Shown here in pieces: positions 1-13,313 of a stretch of 64,000 nucleotides of DNA (position 1 is its first letter; each line of letters starts with the position of its first letter). This DNA comes from Octopus sinensis. Its lineage: Eukaryota. The position numbers and the translations under genes are program-made. Where the stretch lies: positions 60,016,001-60,080,000 of the forward strand of contig NC_043005.1 in assembly GCF_006345805.1 (NCBI RefSeq), given 5' to 3'. The notes beneath the pieces were generated by a model, which did no database searches, was not told where the DNA came from, and was given only the letters and a program-made list of their open reading frames with translations.

Positions 1-74
1 CTGTAAATGACTTGAAGCGAATTCCAGTAGTTCTACTAAGTACATTTGTACTGCAAGTAGACAATTACGTTTAG

Positions 75-605
75 TCCAATTGCAACTTTTATAGCTACTC
101 AAATCAGATGGCAAACCTCAAAGGAAACAATTTGCAGTGGACCTGTTAGTTCGATTAAATGAAAATGAAGGCTTTTCTGGAAAGATTTGTTTGAGTGATG
201 AAGCAGCATTTCATGTATCAAAAATGATATATAAGCAGAACATCAAGGTGTAGGTTTCGGAAAAAGTCACGGTGTTGCATCTATTTGACAGAGTAATCTG
301 CCTAATTTTCTTTGCTGACGAAACCAATATTTCAGTACTCAGCTTTATCTTGTATATACATTTGTTTGACTGTAGCTGTACCACTAGCAACCAACGTTTA
401 TTATCAGTCAAGATGGTGCACCGCCCTATTGGGGGTCAAGTGCTTGATAGTTTCTTTATGAAGGGGAAATCTGTTTCTCTGACTACCTCGGTCACCTGAC
501 GTAACTTCTGTTTTGTTTGCCCAAGTTTTAATCTGTTGAGTTATTATTTTTCATATTTCTTTCTGATTTTTTCAAGTTGGGATTGCAATTTATGGACACC
601 CTGTA
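75..605 (+). mobile_element. Decayed Tc1/mariner (DD37D/maT-type) transposon remnant
   Basis: Plus-strand translation from ~122 gives RKQFAVDLLVRLNENEGFSGKICLSDEAAFHVSKMIYKQNIKV*VSEK (SDEAxFH first catalytic Asp motif). 483-510 gives LPRSPDVTS (cf. WPPRSPDL). Ends in ggacaccctg+TA (594-605), a typical TIR end. Confidence 0.75.
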
Positions 606-977
606 TATTTGTGTCTCGAGAATAATTCTCGATCAAAATTTTTCACATATTTAGCCACCTTAGCTACCAAACTTATAAAATAGGCATGTTAATGGCTGGT
701 TATTCAAGCCATATAAATACTTTCAATTTAAATGACAGGTAGAACAACGTGACAAAATTTTATATGAATTCCGCCTATTCGATGTCACTGAAGAATCATG
801 CATTGACTCGAGTTTAAAGCACAAGACACTTGATACCATAGCATGCAATTCAATCCTGGACATTATGAAGAAACCAGCTTCGTAAACTATTTTGAATGCT
901 CTGCTGTAATACATCTACATAAATACATTTTAACCATATCAGTCACTCTTGATTTTATAAGCATGTGTTTCTATACA

Positions 978-1190
<213 letters not shown>

Positions 1191-1846
1191 ATGCGTTAAT
1201 ATATGAACAAAGCTTAGCGAAAATCAGGAATGCAAAGCTAAATATTCGATATCAAAGCATGCTAAAATAAAAATCTGAGTGAGCTGCAGGTCAATTGTGT
1301 CATATTACAGAAGAGAAAAGTTCCACATTCACACATGCATCAACATTAAATAAGACAGTGTTTCTTCCATATTTCAAAGAATCTTCCTAAAAGCTAGAAT
1401 ACTTAAATGCTTTTCTTTTACATCTAAATTATTTTATGGAAGCGATACTTGTTAAAAGTAACCTTGGTTCTCTTATCTTCAGTAAAAGGCAGCGCGCCTC
1501 AGCATTTCAATTCTGACTTTCAAAAAATCTTTCTTTTTATCTATTGAGCTGTGAAAACTCTTTGAGCTACCTGGAAAAACAAAACGCACAGCGAGATACC
1601 TATAATCAATATCAGTTATTCGGAAGAAGGCAATAACTTTTTGAGCGGAGCATATTTTTATTGCAGCCTTTGTATCTTATGTCAGCACACTTTAAACTGA
1701 ACTACCAATACGCAGCTAAAGACACGAAGACTTACACACATATATAGACAAATGCTAAGAGGCAGATATAGAGTTATGCGCATAAAATTATGCAAACCAA
1801 AATGGAAAATTATACACGCGTTTACATTTGTAAGCGTGATAACATA

Positions 1847-3020
1847 TACGACGGTCGGTTGAAAAGTTCATAAGCTGACTGAGATGCTCTCAGGGAATGT
1901 GACCAAACGAGGTTTATTTTTCACACTCTTTTCCTTGAGGTCCACACACTTATTCTATCAGCGCTGCGATGCTTGGATACCATTGCTGAAGTAGCCTTTA
2001 TCCTGTATGTAATTAAAAAAGTCACTACCAGCGTATACGACGTCATCATCACTGCGACAATAGTGCGATGGTATGTGATTTTTTTATGTTGATTAACACT
2101 TGATAGTCAGATGGGGCCAAATCAAGAGAAATGGATGGGGCTGATCGAAAAGCTCAAAACCACAGACAAGCACAACAGCCAATGAAATCAACGATTTATG
2201 TGCTGGAGCATTGTCCCGATAAAACAATACCCCTTGCGTTAGTTTTCCTGCCCGTTTGGTCATAAAAGGCTTTCGAAACTGGTTCAGAAAATTGGCACCG
2301 TACTCTCCATTGATAGCGTGGCTCTTTTGAAGGTAGTCAATAAACACAATACCTTTTCAATCCTAAAGGACTGAGTTCATCAACTTACCTGCAAAAGAAA
2401 CGACCTTGGGCTTCTATGGAACGGGTTAGGAGAGAGGTTTACTAAGCATGGATTGTCTCTTTGTTTCTGGCTGAAAGTGATATCGCCAGCTGGATCTGAT
2501 TTCTTCGTGATACGCTGTGATGAGTCTACTACGCTTTTGATCCGGTGTAAGAAGATGTGCCACCCGCCGAGCAGAAACCTTCATCATGCGAAGTTACTTG
2601 TGCAGAACATTCTCAAGTCTCTCACCTATAGAGTATTCTAATAACGTTGACTATTTGATTTATAGTCAATTGCCTGTCATCCATCAGCATGTGATGATCG
2701 CCATCAGTGCTACTTTGGTGGTAGCATGTATATGGCGTTCATAACTTGAATAATCTTCCATACTAACCCCCCGAAAATTGAGCCTCCCACTTCTGCACTG
2801 TTGATAAAATTGGACTTCATCTTCTATTGTAGCAAACATGTCAAAATGAACACCCTTGGGGGTCTACCTGTTTGTGCGGTTACTTGATAAAGCCCAAAGC
2901 CAAGTCATGCCTATTTTCAGGAGATGTCAGTACTAGTTACTTTTGAAGTCTTCTTTGAACAGACAGCTTTAGCATCCCTCCTTCATAGTCAAGCTATGAA
3001 CTTTTCAGCCCACCCACGTA
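1847..3020 (-). mobile_element. Near full-length decayed mariner element
   Basis: Imperfect TIRs tacgacggtcggttgaaaagttcataagct (1847-) and aagctatgaacttttcagcccacccacgta (2991-3020), TA at both ends. ORF 2093-2347 carries IDYLQK..INGEY, RDNAPAH and a degenerate HPPYSPDL. Confidence 0.92.
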
Positions 3021-3158
3021 TGACTTTGACTGTGGATATAGTAGCAGAGACATTTCTATGAAGCAGCTAAGACTGACAGGATGGTATCAAAATTTTAGCC
3101 TTTTGTGAATTATTCATATTCTTCATGTGAACGGGTTTGGTGAATGAAACTAAAAGAA

Positions 3159-3209
<51 letters not shown>

Positions 3210-3239
3210 TTTCACCATGCTTTCACCATGTGCAACTCG

Positions 3240-3445
3240 TAAACACCAGTCGTCTTTTTTCTCTTTCCCTGTTGCCCACTCTGGGATCTTTCTTTCCTCT
3301 CTCTTCCTTCTTTATGTTTCCGACGAAGAGCTCCGCTAGAAACGTCATACCTCCCTGCTTCCTTTTCCTGAGCGCCTATTAATAATAATACTGTAATTGT
3401 TCCATTGTTGTTGTTTTTTTGTTTCCCGTTTGGATTAAAATTATA
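3240..3445 (+). mobile_element. Short Penelope-like terminal fragment between (TA)n arrays, with hammerhead-like motif at 3316-3350
   Basis: Pyrimidine-rich segment flanked by (TA)n; contains GTTT-CCGACGA-A-GAGC-tcc-GCTA-GAAACGTC-ATAC. Assignment to Penelope-like elements is inferred from the motif. Confidence 0.5.
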
Positions 3446-5122
3446 TATATATATATATATATATGTGTGTATGTATGTGTGTGTGTACGTATGAGTATGT
3501 GTGTGCGTGTGCGCATGTGTGTGCTTGTCTTTGTATTTGAATTTCGTCCCCATCACAAAATATATTTTTACGCACCCCGTACCTTACCAGTTCTGCAAGA
3601 GAAATATAGAATATGTAGCAGATTTTTTAAAAAATCTATGTACGGGACTTAGTTGCTGTTGCTAACCCGTTCATATATCGTTTATATTTTGCAATTGTAT
3701 GAAACAGATTTTGGTTGTGCGTATTTGAGCAATTGTATTCCCACATTCCTTAAACCTTTGCAAATTATACTCACCAATGAACTATATGTAAATTGAACTA
3801 CGCGTAAATTGAAAGTAAATTTGTTGTTGAAAATGTACAGAGTTATGATTACCTTGCCTACAGTTACAAAAATAAAAGTCTGGAAATCAATTGCTAAAAC
3901 TTGTGACTAATTTTCCTTCAAATTTTGTCCTAAATTGTTAGAAATACTGCTTATAACAGATAAAATGTTTCTCAATGTAATATATCGAGTAAGAATTATG
4001 GATTAGGCATCGAATTCAATGCCAGTCGAACAATGTAGGTGCGATACACAGATCCTCTGAAAACATATGGTATCGCAGTTCATATTCATATATTATTTGA
4101 AGAAAATGGATGCAGATATGTTTTTGACATATCTAGAATTCTGCACTAGTATTAATACCTTTTCAAGTACCTATAGCATTAAAGAAGTCTGGTACTCTCT
4201 GGACCCTAGATTATTTGAATGCATTTGAAACCATAATAGTGATTGTTAATATATGAGAAGATAATCTTCAACAATCTGGAGCAGGATATCTGAAATTATC
4301 TCCGGAAATGTACGATTCCTATACTTCTTCCTCAATGGCATCGAGCGTAACATTTTATTTGTACAGTACAATGGCGTTATGAACGAAACTATCAATGATC
4401 TGAACTACGTTTGTAATAATAATATAATATTATGATATGCAATATCGCCTGCCAACTGGACACCAAAATGTACCTTATCATGCAAACGAAATCGAATTCA
4501 ATAAAACGATTCACTTAGATTCATACAAACATGAACAGTTTAGTGATATTATTTCAGCTCAATGTGGGAAAATTAGAATCAATGAAATATACCAGAAACT
4601 TATATTAAAAGAGAATATTTGCATTCCGCTAAAGTTATATATTTGAGAGCAAATATATAGTAGGTATCCAGAAGTGTTGAAATTACATTATACATGCGGT
4701 GAATTATTTTAAAATCTGCCGCCTTGATCTTGAAAGGAAATGCTGAAGTCAAATTAAATGCGTTTAAAATTGAGTCAAGATAATTAAAACTAACAAAGTC
4801 TTGCCGGAGAATATTCTACAGTTACTTGGAAAACTATAATATTACTGCATAGAAAGATCCACAAATCACACAATAAATGTTCGAAGTTATTTTGTTCTAA
4901 AACATCTGACCCTTCGAGCAGTGTAAAGTACACATATTTAAAACTATAATTATAGTCTTAATATAGAAGAGCCTCGAAAAGTATGTTCATTGTTATACAC
5001 GCAACACCTTTGCAAACTTGAAAGACTATATAATATAATATTTAATTATATTATCCACTATACTGTAAAGGATAGCAATGTATAAATTAAACAATATAAC
5101 CTATGGAACGGAATAGAATGCA

Positions 5123-6085
5123 TACGAGGCTGAGTTGAAAAGTTCATAGGTTGTCTATGAAGGAATGAGGCTAGAGCTGTTAATTCTTGTATGCATTAGT
5201 TTCTTATTTTCTAATTAATAACTGCATTGTTTCGTTACAGGTAAACTGATATCTGACTGTTCAAAGAAGACTTCAGATGTAACTAGTAGCATTTTTTCTT
5301 GAAAATGGACAAAATTTGGCATTGTAGTGTTAGGAAGTACCTGCAGAAAAACGCTTTATCTTCAATGGCATTCATGCTGACATGGTTGCTACATTACCAC
5401 ATGGCATTCCAGCTTTATTAAGAGTGCAAAAGTTGAGAACTGAATTTAGAACGTGAAAGGAGGCACTTGAAGATGACCCAAGGTCAGGATATTATGCAGC
5501 TGCTACAACTGAGGAAAACATTGATGGTGTTCACCACATTCTGATGGTTGATATGCGGTTGACCAGAAATCAACTATACAACGTTATAAACATATACTGT
5601 GAGAGACTTGAGAATATTCTGCTCATGGAACTTGGCATGAGAAAGGTGGATGCCGCGTCTGACACCTGATCAGAAGCGCACCAAGATAATCACGACACGT
5701 AACAAGGTAACAATCTGACAAACCTTGACACAGATCCCTCTGGTTTGCTTCAACGTTTCCTAACCCAGAATAAATGTTTGGCTCAGCACTTTGACTCAGA
5801 GAAAGAGATAATCCATGCAGTAGAAACAGCCGTCCTCACCTGCTCAAAAGACCAAAGTCATTTCATCTGCAGAGAAAGTGATGGCTTCAGTTTTTTAGGA
5901 AGCAAAAAGCATTGTGTTTATTGACTATCTTCAAAATGGGTACACCATCAAATCAGAGTACTATGCCAAACTGCTAAGGCAGTTGCGGAATTCTATCATG
6001 ACAAAACGTTTAGAAAGAATTGACGAAATAGGTATTGCTTCATCAGGACGATGCTCTAGCACAGAAGTCTTTGGTTTTAATGAAT
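5123..6085 (+). mobile_element. 3'-truncated decayed mariner, same family as 1847-3020
   Basis: 5' TIR tacgaggctgagttgaaaagttcatagg; shared ctgttcaaagaagacttc..gtaactagta segment; ORF 5914-6111 MFIDYLQNGYTIKSEYYAKLLRQLR. Confidence 0.9.
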
Positions 6086-6339
6086 TTCTTTCACCTGTAG
6101 ACGTAGCTTGAATTTTGCATTATTTTGAAGGATATTTTTCATTTTGCGTTAATACAAACATGTAATTTATTTATTATTGAATATAATATAAATTATTTAC
6201 GTGTTTCAAGTTACGAAACAATTTGTCGTGATATTAGAATTTTCTTATTCTTAAATAAGATGTGATCACACTATTTCTCTCTCATTATGACTTTACACAC
6301 AAACACACACACACACACTCACACACACAACACACACAG

Positions 6340-6377
<38 letters not shown>

Positions 6378-6793
6378 ATTTTATTTTATTTATTAAGGAA
6401 CTATAGTCCCTCATGGGATGCGAGCAGTCTAGTTCTCCGGTTTACATCAGTGTTCAGTGCAACCTAAGTGCATTCGAGTATCATAGAAACATATGGGTAT
6501 TTAAAAAAAAACAAAAACTTTAAGAATGAGGAAAGGAAAGTGATAAAAAGATTGACATGCAAACTTTATTTATTCAAAGATATTTTAATTCACTTTGAGA
6601 AATTCCTGTCTACAGCTTTTTCCACATCCAATCAGTTCAATTACAAAAATAAAATATTTTAATTAAAATTCTCATCTTTGAAACCAGTCAATTGGTTATT
6701 TCTTCGGGGAGAGTTTCCAAAACATGATTTTGAATATGATTCAATAAATAACACCTGTAGGTCAATGTTTCGACTTTCTTTCTTTTTCCATTC

Positions 6794-6905
<112 letters not shown>

Positions 6906-6916
6906 CATATAGAAGG

Positions 6917-6967
6917 AGCTTCTACAGGACTAGAAATGTTTCATTCAAGAGAAATCTTCAGGAAGCT
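6917..6967 (-). ncRNA. Type I hammerhead ribozyme, near-intact
   Basis: Minus strand: AGCTTC CTGAAGA TTTC-TCTT-GAAT GAAA CA-tttctagtcc-TG T A / GAAGCT. Stem I 6 bp, complete core, stem III ACA/TGT, GUA cleavage triplet. Stem II has 3 bp plus a U.U closing mismatch. Confidence 0.75.
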
Positions 6968-7165
6968 AGTTAACAAGAATTGTATTGGCATTTATACATT
7001 TAGGCAGGTTTAAAGGGGTGGTGGTGGGGGACTTTTTGGGGGTAGGCATAGCGCAAAATATCATACTTGGGGGAGTGGTCAAGGAGTCAGTGTTAAATTA
7101 GATAAAAGAATAAATAAAAAAATAAAAAAATATATATAAAAAAATAAGGAGATTCTCACTTATAC

Positions 7166-8252
7166 CTATTCACATATGTATACATATATACACACACATA
7201 CAAACATATATACATATACATACACACATACATACACACACACACATATACATATATATAAACTTACACATACATATACATATCTACACATACACATATA
7301 TGTATACATACACACACTCACATGCATACACGTATACACACATGTATATATACACGCACGACCACACATACATATACACACAGAAAAATATATATACACA
7401 TACACACACATACACACATACACGCATACACACACATATCCACACACACACATGCACACACAGCACACTAGTCCCTATATACACATATATACACATACAC
7501 ACATATATATACACATACATACATATACATACATATACATATATATATATATACATATACATATGTGTACCTATACATACCTACACATGCACACATATAT
7601 ATACATACAAATACAGACCCGTTCCCTAATTTTAATTTTATTATCTTCATTTATTACTTTTGTTATCTTTGACCGCTGGTCACAAACATCTTGGCTATGA
7701 CAGTCAGTCCATTTATCTGTCTACTTGAAAACAAGCACTCATTCACTCACGCACACTCTTTAGCACGTACACTCACTCATTCGTACACTCATACACATAC
7801 ACGCACGCACGCGTTATATTCATACATACATACATCTACATACATTCACGTATATACACATACGTACGCGTACCTACAGATTCATGTCTAAACTCTTAGA
7901 AGGCTAGTCTATACATATACACCAATAAATATAAATACACACACATACATATACACTTACATACAAATACATACATATATATATATATATACATATATAC
8001 ACATATATATACATATATATATATATATATACATACATATATATATATATATACACACATACACATACATACATATACACACATACACATACATACGTAT
8101 ACATACATACATACATCCATACATCCATACATTTATACACATACACACACCCACACGTATACATATACATACATATATATACGCGCATGCATACACATAC
8201 AAATACATACACATACGCATATACATATACATACATACATATACACATATAC

Positions 8253-8287
<35 letters not shown>

Positions 8288-8655
8288 CATACACACACAT
8301 ACACATACATACATACATATACAAATATACGCACACACATACATACATACTCATATACACATACACGCACATACACATGTACATGCGTACCCATACACAC
8401 ACACACGCGCGCATCCATATATACACATAAGTACACACATGCGTAAAAGTATACATATATCTATGCTTACACATACACACACACACACGCGCCTCCTTAT
8501 ATTCATACTTACATGCATACTCAAAAAATAAGTAAATAATAAAATATATATACGCGCAGTTATTCATACATGCATACTCAAAAAATAAATAATAAATATT
8601 AAGTATATGTACGTGCAGTTACCTATTATATAGACGGATACATACGTATAAACTT

Positions 8656-8698
<43 letters not shown>

Positions 8699-8771
8699 TA
8701 CACATATATATACATATACATATATATATATATACATATATACATATATATATATATATACATATATATAT
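7166..8771. repeat. Long degenerate (CA/TA)n alternating purine-pyrimidine tract with short unique interruptions
   Basis: Directly visible; CA-rich on the plus strand throughout. Confidence 0.9.
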
Positions 8772-9170
8772 ACAGGAGTGGCTGTGTGGTAAGTAGCTTG
8801 CTAACCAACCACATGGTTCTGGGTTCAGTCTCACTGCGTGGCATCTTGGGCAAGTGTCTTCTGCTACAGCCCCGGGCCGACCAATGCCTTGTGAGTGGAT
8901 TTGGTAGACGGAAACTGAAAGAAGCCCGTCGTATATATGTATATGTGTGTTTGTGTGTCTGTGTTTGTCCCCCCCCCAAATCGCTTGACAACCGATGCTG
9001 GTGTGTTTACGTCCCCGTCACTTAGCGGTTCGGCAAAAGAGACCGATAGAATAAGTACTGGGCTTACAAAGAATAAGTCCCGGGGTAGATTTGCTCGACT
9101 AAAGGCGGTGCTCCAGCATGGCCGCAGTCAAATGACTGAAACAAGTAAAAGAGTAAAAGAGTAAAAGAGT
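8772..9170 (+). mobile_element. tRNA-like SINE, family A (full-length)
   Basis: A-box-like tggctgtgtggtaag, B-box-like ggttcagtct, internal (TG/TA) tract, 3' cagtc-aaat-gactg hairpin and (gtaaaaga)n tail. Homologous copies at 26406-26853 and 38144-38330. Confidence 0.85.
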
Positions 9171-10235
9171 ATACACACACATACATACACATATATATAT
9201 ATATACATACTTACACACATGTACAAATACATACACACATAGATAACTCTACGTACCTACATATACATAAACACACGAGCGTACACGTATATGTACATAT
9301 ACACATACACATACACACACATATATATACATACATACATATACATACACACATATATACACACACACATATACATATATATACACACATATATATATAT
9401 ATATATACATATACACATACACACACATATACATACATATACACATATACATGTGTGCAAACATACATACATACTCATACACGCACACACACTTACATAT
9501 ACATATATACACACACTTACACACATATATACATACACATATACATACATACATACATACATATATGCATACATACACATATTCACACATACACATATAT
9601 ACATATATACACATACATATACATTTACACATACATACATATATATATACACATATACACACATACACATACACACACATATATATGCATATACATACAC
9701 ATATATACCCACACGTACACATATACACATATATACATATATACATACATATACACACATACACACACACACACATATATATATACATACATACACATAC
9801 ACATACCTATACATATACATACACACATATACACATGCACATACTTATATCTCTACATACCCGCATATACATATATATATATATATACATACACACACAT
9901 ACATATACCTATATACATGTATACATACACACACATATATATACACATCTACAATTTGTATCTACACTCACATACATGCACATACACATAACTCTACATA
10001 CCTACATATACATCGACATACTCGCGTACACTCATATATATACACATATATATACATATACACACACACATACATATACATATACATATACATATATATA
10101 AATATATACATAAATACACATATACACACACATACATATATATATATACACACACACACACATACATATATATATATACATACACATATACATACATGTA
10201 CATATATATATACATATATATATACACACATATTT
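9171..10235. repeat. Long degenerate (CA/TA)n tract
   Basis: Directly visible. Confidence 0.9.
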
Positions 10236-10238
10236 ATA

Positions 10239-10437
10239 TCAACAATTGAGGGTAAAGTTAATTAGTTATTAATCAATTTCACCAAGTATTCAGTATGTAA
10301 AAGGACCATTATTTTTTTGAGTACACAAAGTCTGAGAGAAAATATTCTCTAAGTAGTGGAAGAGGCTAAAAAACTTTTTTGGCTGCTATTTCTAGAAAGT
10401 TCAGTATGTGGCAAAGTAATTTATTTTACTAAGCCCT
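10239..10437. mobile_element. Two-armed inverted fragment homologous to the 560-bp unit at 25098-26353
   Basis: 10239-~10312 is the reverse complement of ..atggtcc..tacatactgaatacttggt..ccctcaattgttga. ~10320-10437 matches ..gctgctatttcta..gttcagtatgtggcaaagtaatttattttactaagccct in forward sense. Confidence 0.85.
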
Positions 10438-10699
10438 AATTATATAATATTTTATACATACATACACATACATACACACATACATATACACATACATATG
10501 CATACACACATATATACATATATACATTTATACACACACACACACACACACGCCCCTAGATATATATATATATTTTTTTTTTACATACATACACACACAC
10601 ACATAATACATGCGTATATTCCTACTATACCCATACATTTCTATAGATATATACGGTACACATATACAAGCGTGCACATACAATATGTGAAAGGTCTTA

Positions 10700-11722
10700 G
10701 GAGAAAAGGTAATCGGGGGTGCTAGGGGAACGGTGGGATTGGGGGGGTTTGTGGGTGGGGTGTCATCAATCTGGTTGCCGGGTAGGTCTATAGTTCTTGT
10801 AGTTCGCATACTTCTTATGCATGCAATTTCGGGAGTGTTCTGAGATTTTGTTAAAGAGAGGGCCTTTGGCGAACAAGATCTCTAGACTCTCCGATATGCA
10901 GAGGTCACAGCAGGTATGGCCTCCTGTGTACGAACGCGCCTTCTGTAGTAGTTTCCACTTGGTCTTGAAGGGGATGGAGTTCCTTTTAAGGTACGAGATG
11001 TGGGCGGCGATGGTAGTTTGGTTGGATTTATCCTGTCGCCGGAACGAGTGTGTGTGTGCGTACCAACGGGTCTTAAAGCTGTTTGACGTCATTCCAATGT
11101 AGGATTTTCTTTTATCGTCAGGGCCTGATCTTACCTCGCATGTATATACTAGGTCCCTCTGTAGGCAGTTGTTGTTGAGGGGGCAGGTGGTTTTATCAGG
11201 GCAGTTGCAATTGCTATCGGACGTAGGATGGGCCTCGGAAAAAGTAGATATGTTAAGTTTTTTCACATTGTTGTTGGCTAGGTTCCTGGCTAGATTGGGC
11301 GTGGTAGAGTAGGAGAGTCTAATAGTGTTCTTATTTAGGATAGTGTAGTACTTATGTTGGGTGGGGAAGTGTTTCTGTAGGAGAGTGAAGAAGATTTAGC
11401 TACAGGTGTAGCGACCTCATGGTTGAAGGGGGGGTTGTACCAGCTAATGTGTCTTCGTCTATTTTTCCTGGGTTGGCGTGGGGCTATACTAGTATAGGTA
11501 ATCTATCTTTAAAGCCACTGCGGGCCAGGGCCTCGCTGTAATAGGGGGCTGCGGCCTTAAGATATCTTCCGTGGCGGACAGGCTAGAAATTCTAATTGAG
11601 ACACTTTTTACTAGGTTATCTAATATATTTTTGGGGTGGTTGGAATTAATATCTATATATCTAAGGGATTCATTTGGTTTGTGGTACGGGTAATAAAGTG
11701 AGGTTTTTAAGTCGAGGGTGAC
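10700..11722 (-). mobile_element. Penelope-like retroelement remnant (RT C-terminus/thumb, Cys-rich linker, GIY-YIG endonuclease), frameshifted and 5'-truncated
   Basis: [64 protein letters not shown], then CNCPDKTTCPLNNNCL, LVYTCEV, YIGMT..FKTRWYAH, CDLCISE, LFNK. The Cys-rich linker suggests the Neptune group. Confidence 0.92.
10766..11266 (-). pseudogene. GIY-YIG endonuclease domain ORF of the Penelope-like element (166 aa open segment)
   Basis: ORF track 10766-11266: LVYTCEV...SYIGMTSNSFKTRWYAHTHSF...CCDLCISE...NK...CMH. Confidence 0.9.
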
Positions 11723-11740
11723 ATATATATAGACATATAT

Positions 11741-11790
<50 letters not shown>

Positions 11791-11874
11791 GTATATATAT
11801 ATATACACATATATATATGTATATGCATATATATATATATATTATATATGTGTGTGTGTGTGTGTGTATATATA

Positions 11875-11926
<52 letters not shown>

Positions 11927-12514
11927 TATATATATACATATAAATATGTATATATACTTCACATTGTTTCCTCATGAAAAGGACTCCAAACATTTTCGTA
12001 TTAGCTTGGATGATGTGCAATACAATTTCTGAGTAATGCGATATTGTAACTAAGGCTCAGTGATGATTGTAGTGTTGTCAATGTTGCCGATCACTATTTT
12101 CGATAAACTCTTTCTTCTTAACTTAGATCTCCCCTCTCAATTCATATTTTTCCCTTCACCTCATTCTCGACTACGCCCACATTTCCTCCTTATTCCATTC
12201 CCTTCTCTCTACTACCTTCCTCACACTGTTTCGATTTACTACCACTTCCTATTAACGCATGAAAATTATGTGCACCTGGGTCCCTTCTCAGTTGCAGCAG
12301 GCTTTTCTAACTCTGCTGTCTCATTTTTATATGTCTCTTATCGATTTAGTTTTTGAAGAAATACTCTGTCCGAAGCGATAGATTTCCCACTCCTCTGCGC
12401 CAAGTTCATTATACTCGGTTTGCCGTTTCTATTACATAAAACAAGTCTTACCGACGTATGTCAAACACCATTCAGTTTCAAGTCTGTGTGTATGCGTATG
12501 CTTGTGCGCGCGTT

Positions 12515-12585
12515 AATGCATATAAGTGGATTCCTTATGTGTTTAGATATACACTATATCGTATGACTATATCGTATATATATCT

Positions 12586-12652
<67 letters not shown>

Positions 12653-12984
12653 GTGTGTGTGTGTGCCTGTGTATGTGCATGCCTGTGAGGGTATTGTGTG
12701 TGTGGAAAACATTATTTGAAATCACAGGTTAAGGCGGCGAGCTGGCAGAACCGTTAGCAACGCCGGGCGAAATGCGTAGCCGTATTTCGTCTGCCGTTAC
12801 GTTCTGAGTTCAAAATTCCGCCGAGGTCGACTTTGCCTTTCATCCTTTCGGGGTCGATAAATTAAGTACCAGTTACGCACTGGGGTCGATGTAATTGACT
12901 TAATCCGTTTGTCTGTACTTGTTTGTCCCCTCTGTGTTTAGCCCCTTGTGAGTAATAAAGAAACAAATGCATATAAGTCTGTAA

Positions 12985-13047
<63 letters not shown>

Positions 13048-13280
13048 CATATCAAAGGGAAAACATTTAATCAAAATTTATATTTCCAGTGGTCTAACGT
13101 GTAAAACAAATTTAGTCAAAAAGACTATATATTAGCCATACGATATAGAGTATATTTAAACACATAGATTGTCCGTAATTTTTGTGGTTACAGAACCTAG
13201 CCGTTCTTTCTAGCGTGTAGAATCCTTATAAGTGGATTGCTTATGTGTTTAAATATACACTATATCGTATGACTATATCG

Positions 13281-13313
<33 letters not shown>

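Noticed and set aside
4100-4650. Repeat-free stretch that reads like decayed coding sequence (e.g. FLYFFLNGIERNILFVQYNG)
   Set aside because: Frequent stops and no recognisable motif; a tBLASTx search would be needed.
7166-10265. Long ORFs rich in Y/T/H/I or C/V/M/Y (up to 324 aa), and similar ORFs throughout the window
   Set aside because: They are translations of (CA/TA)n microsatellite, which lacks stop codons by composition; there is no domain signal.
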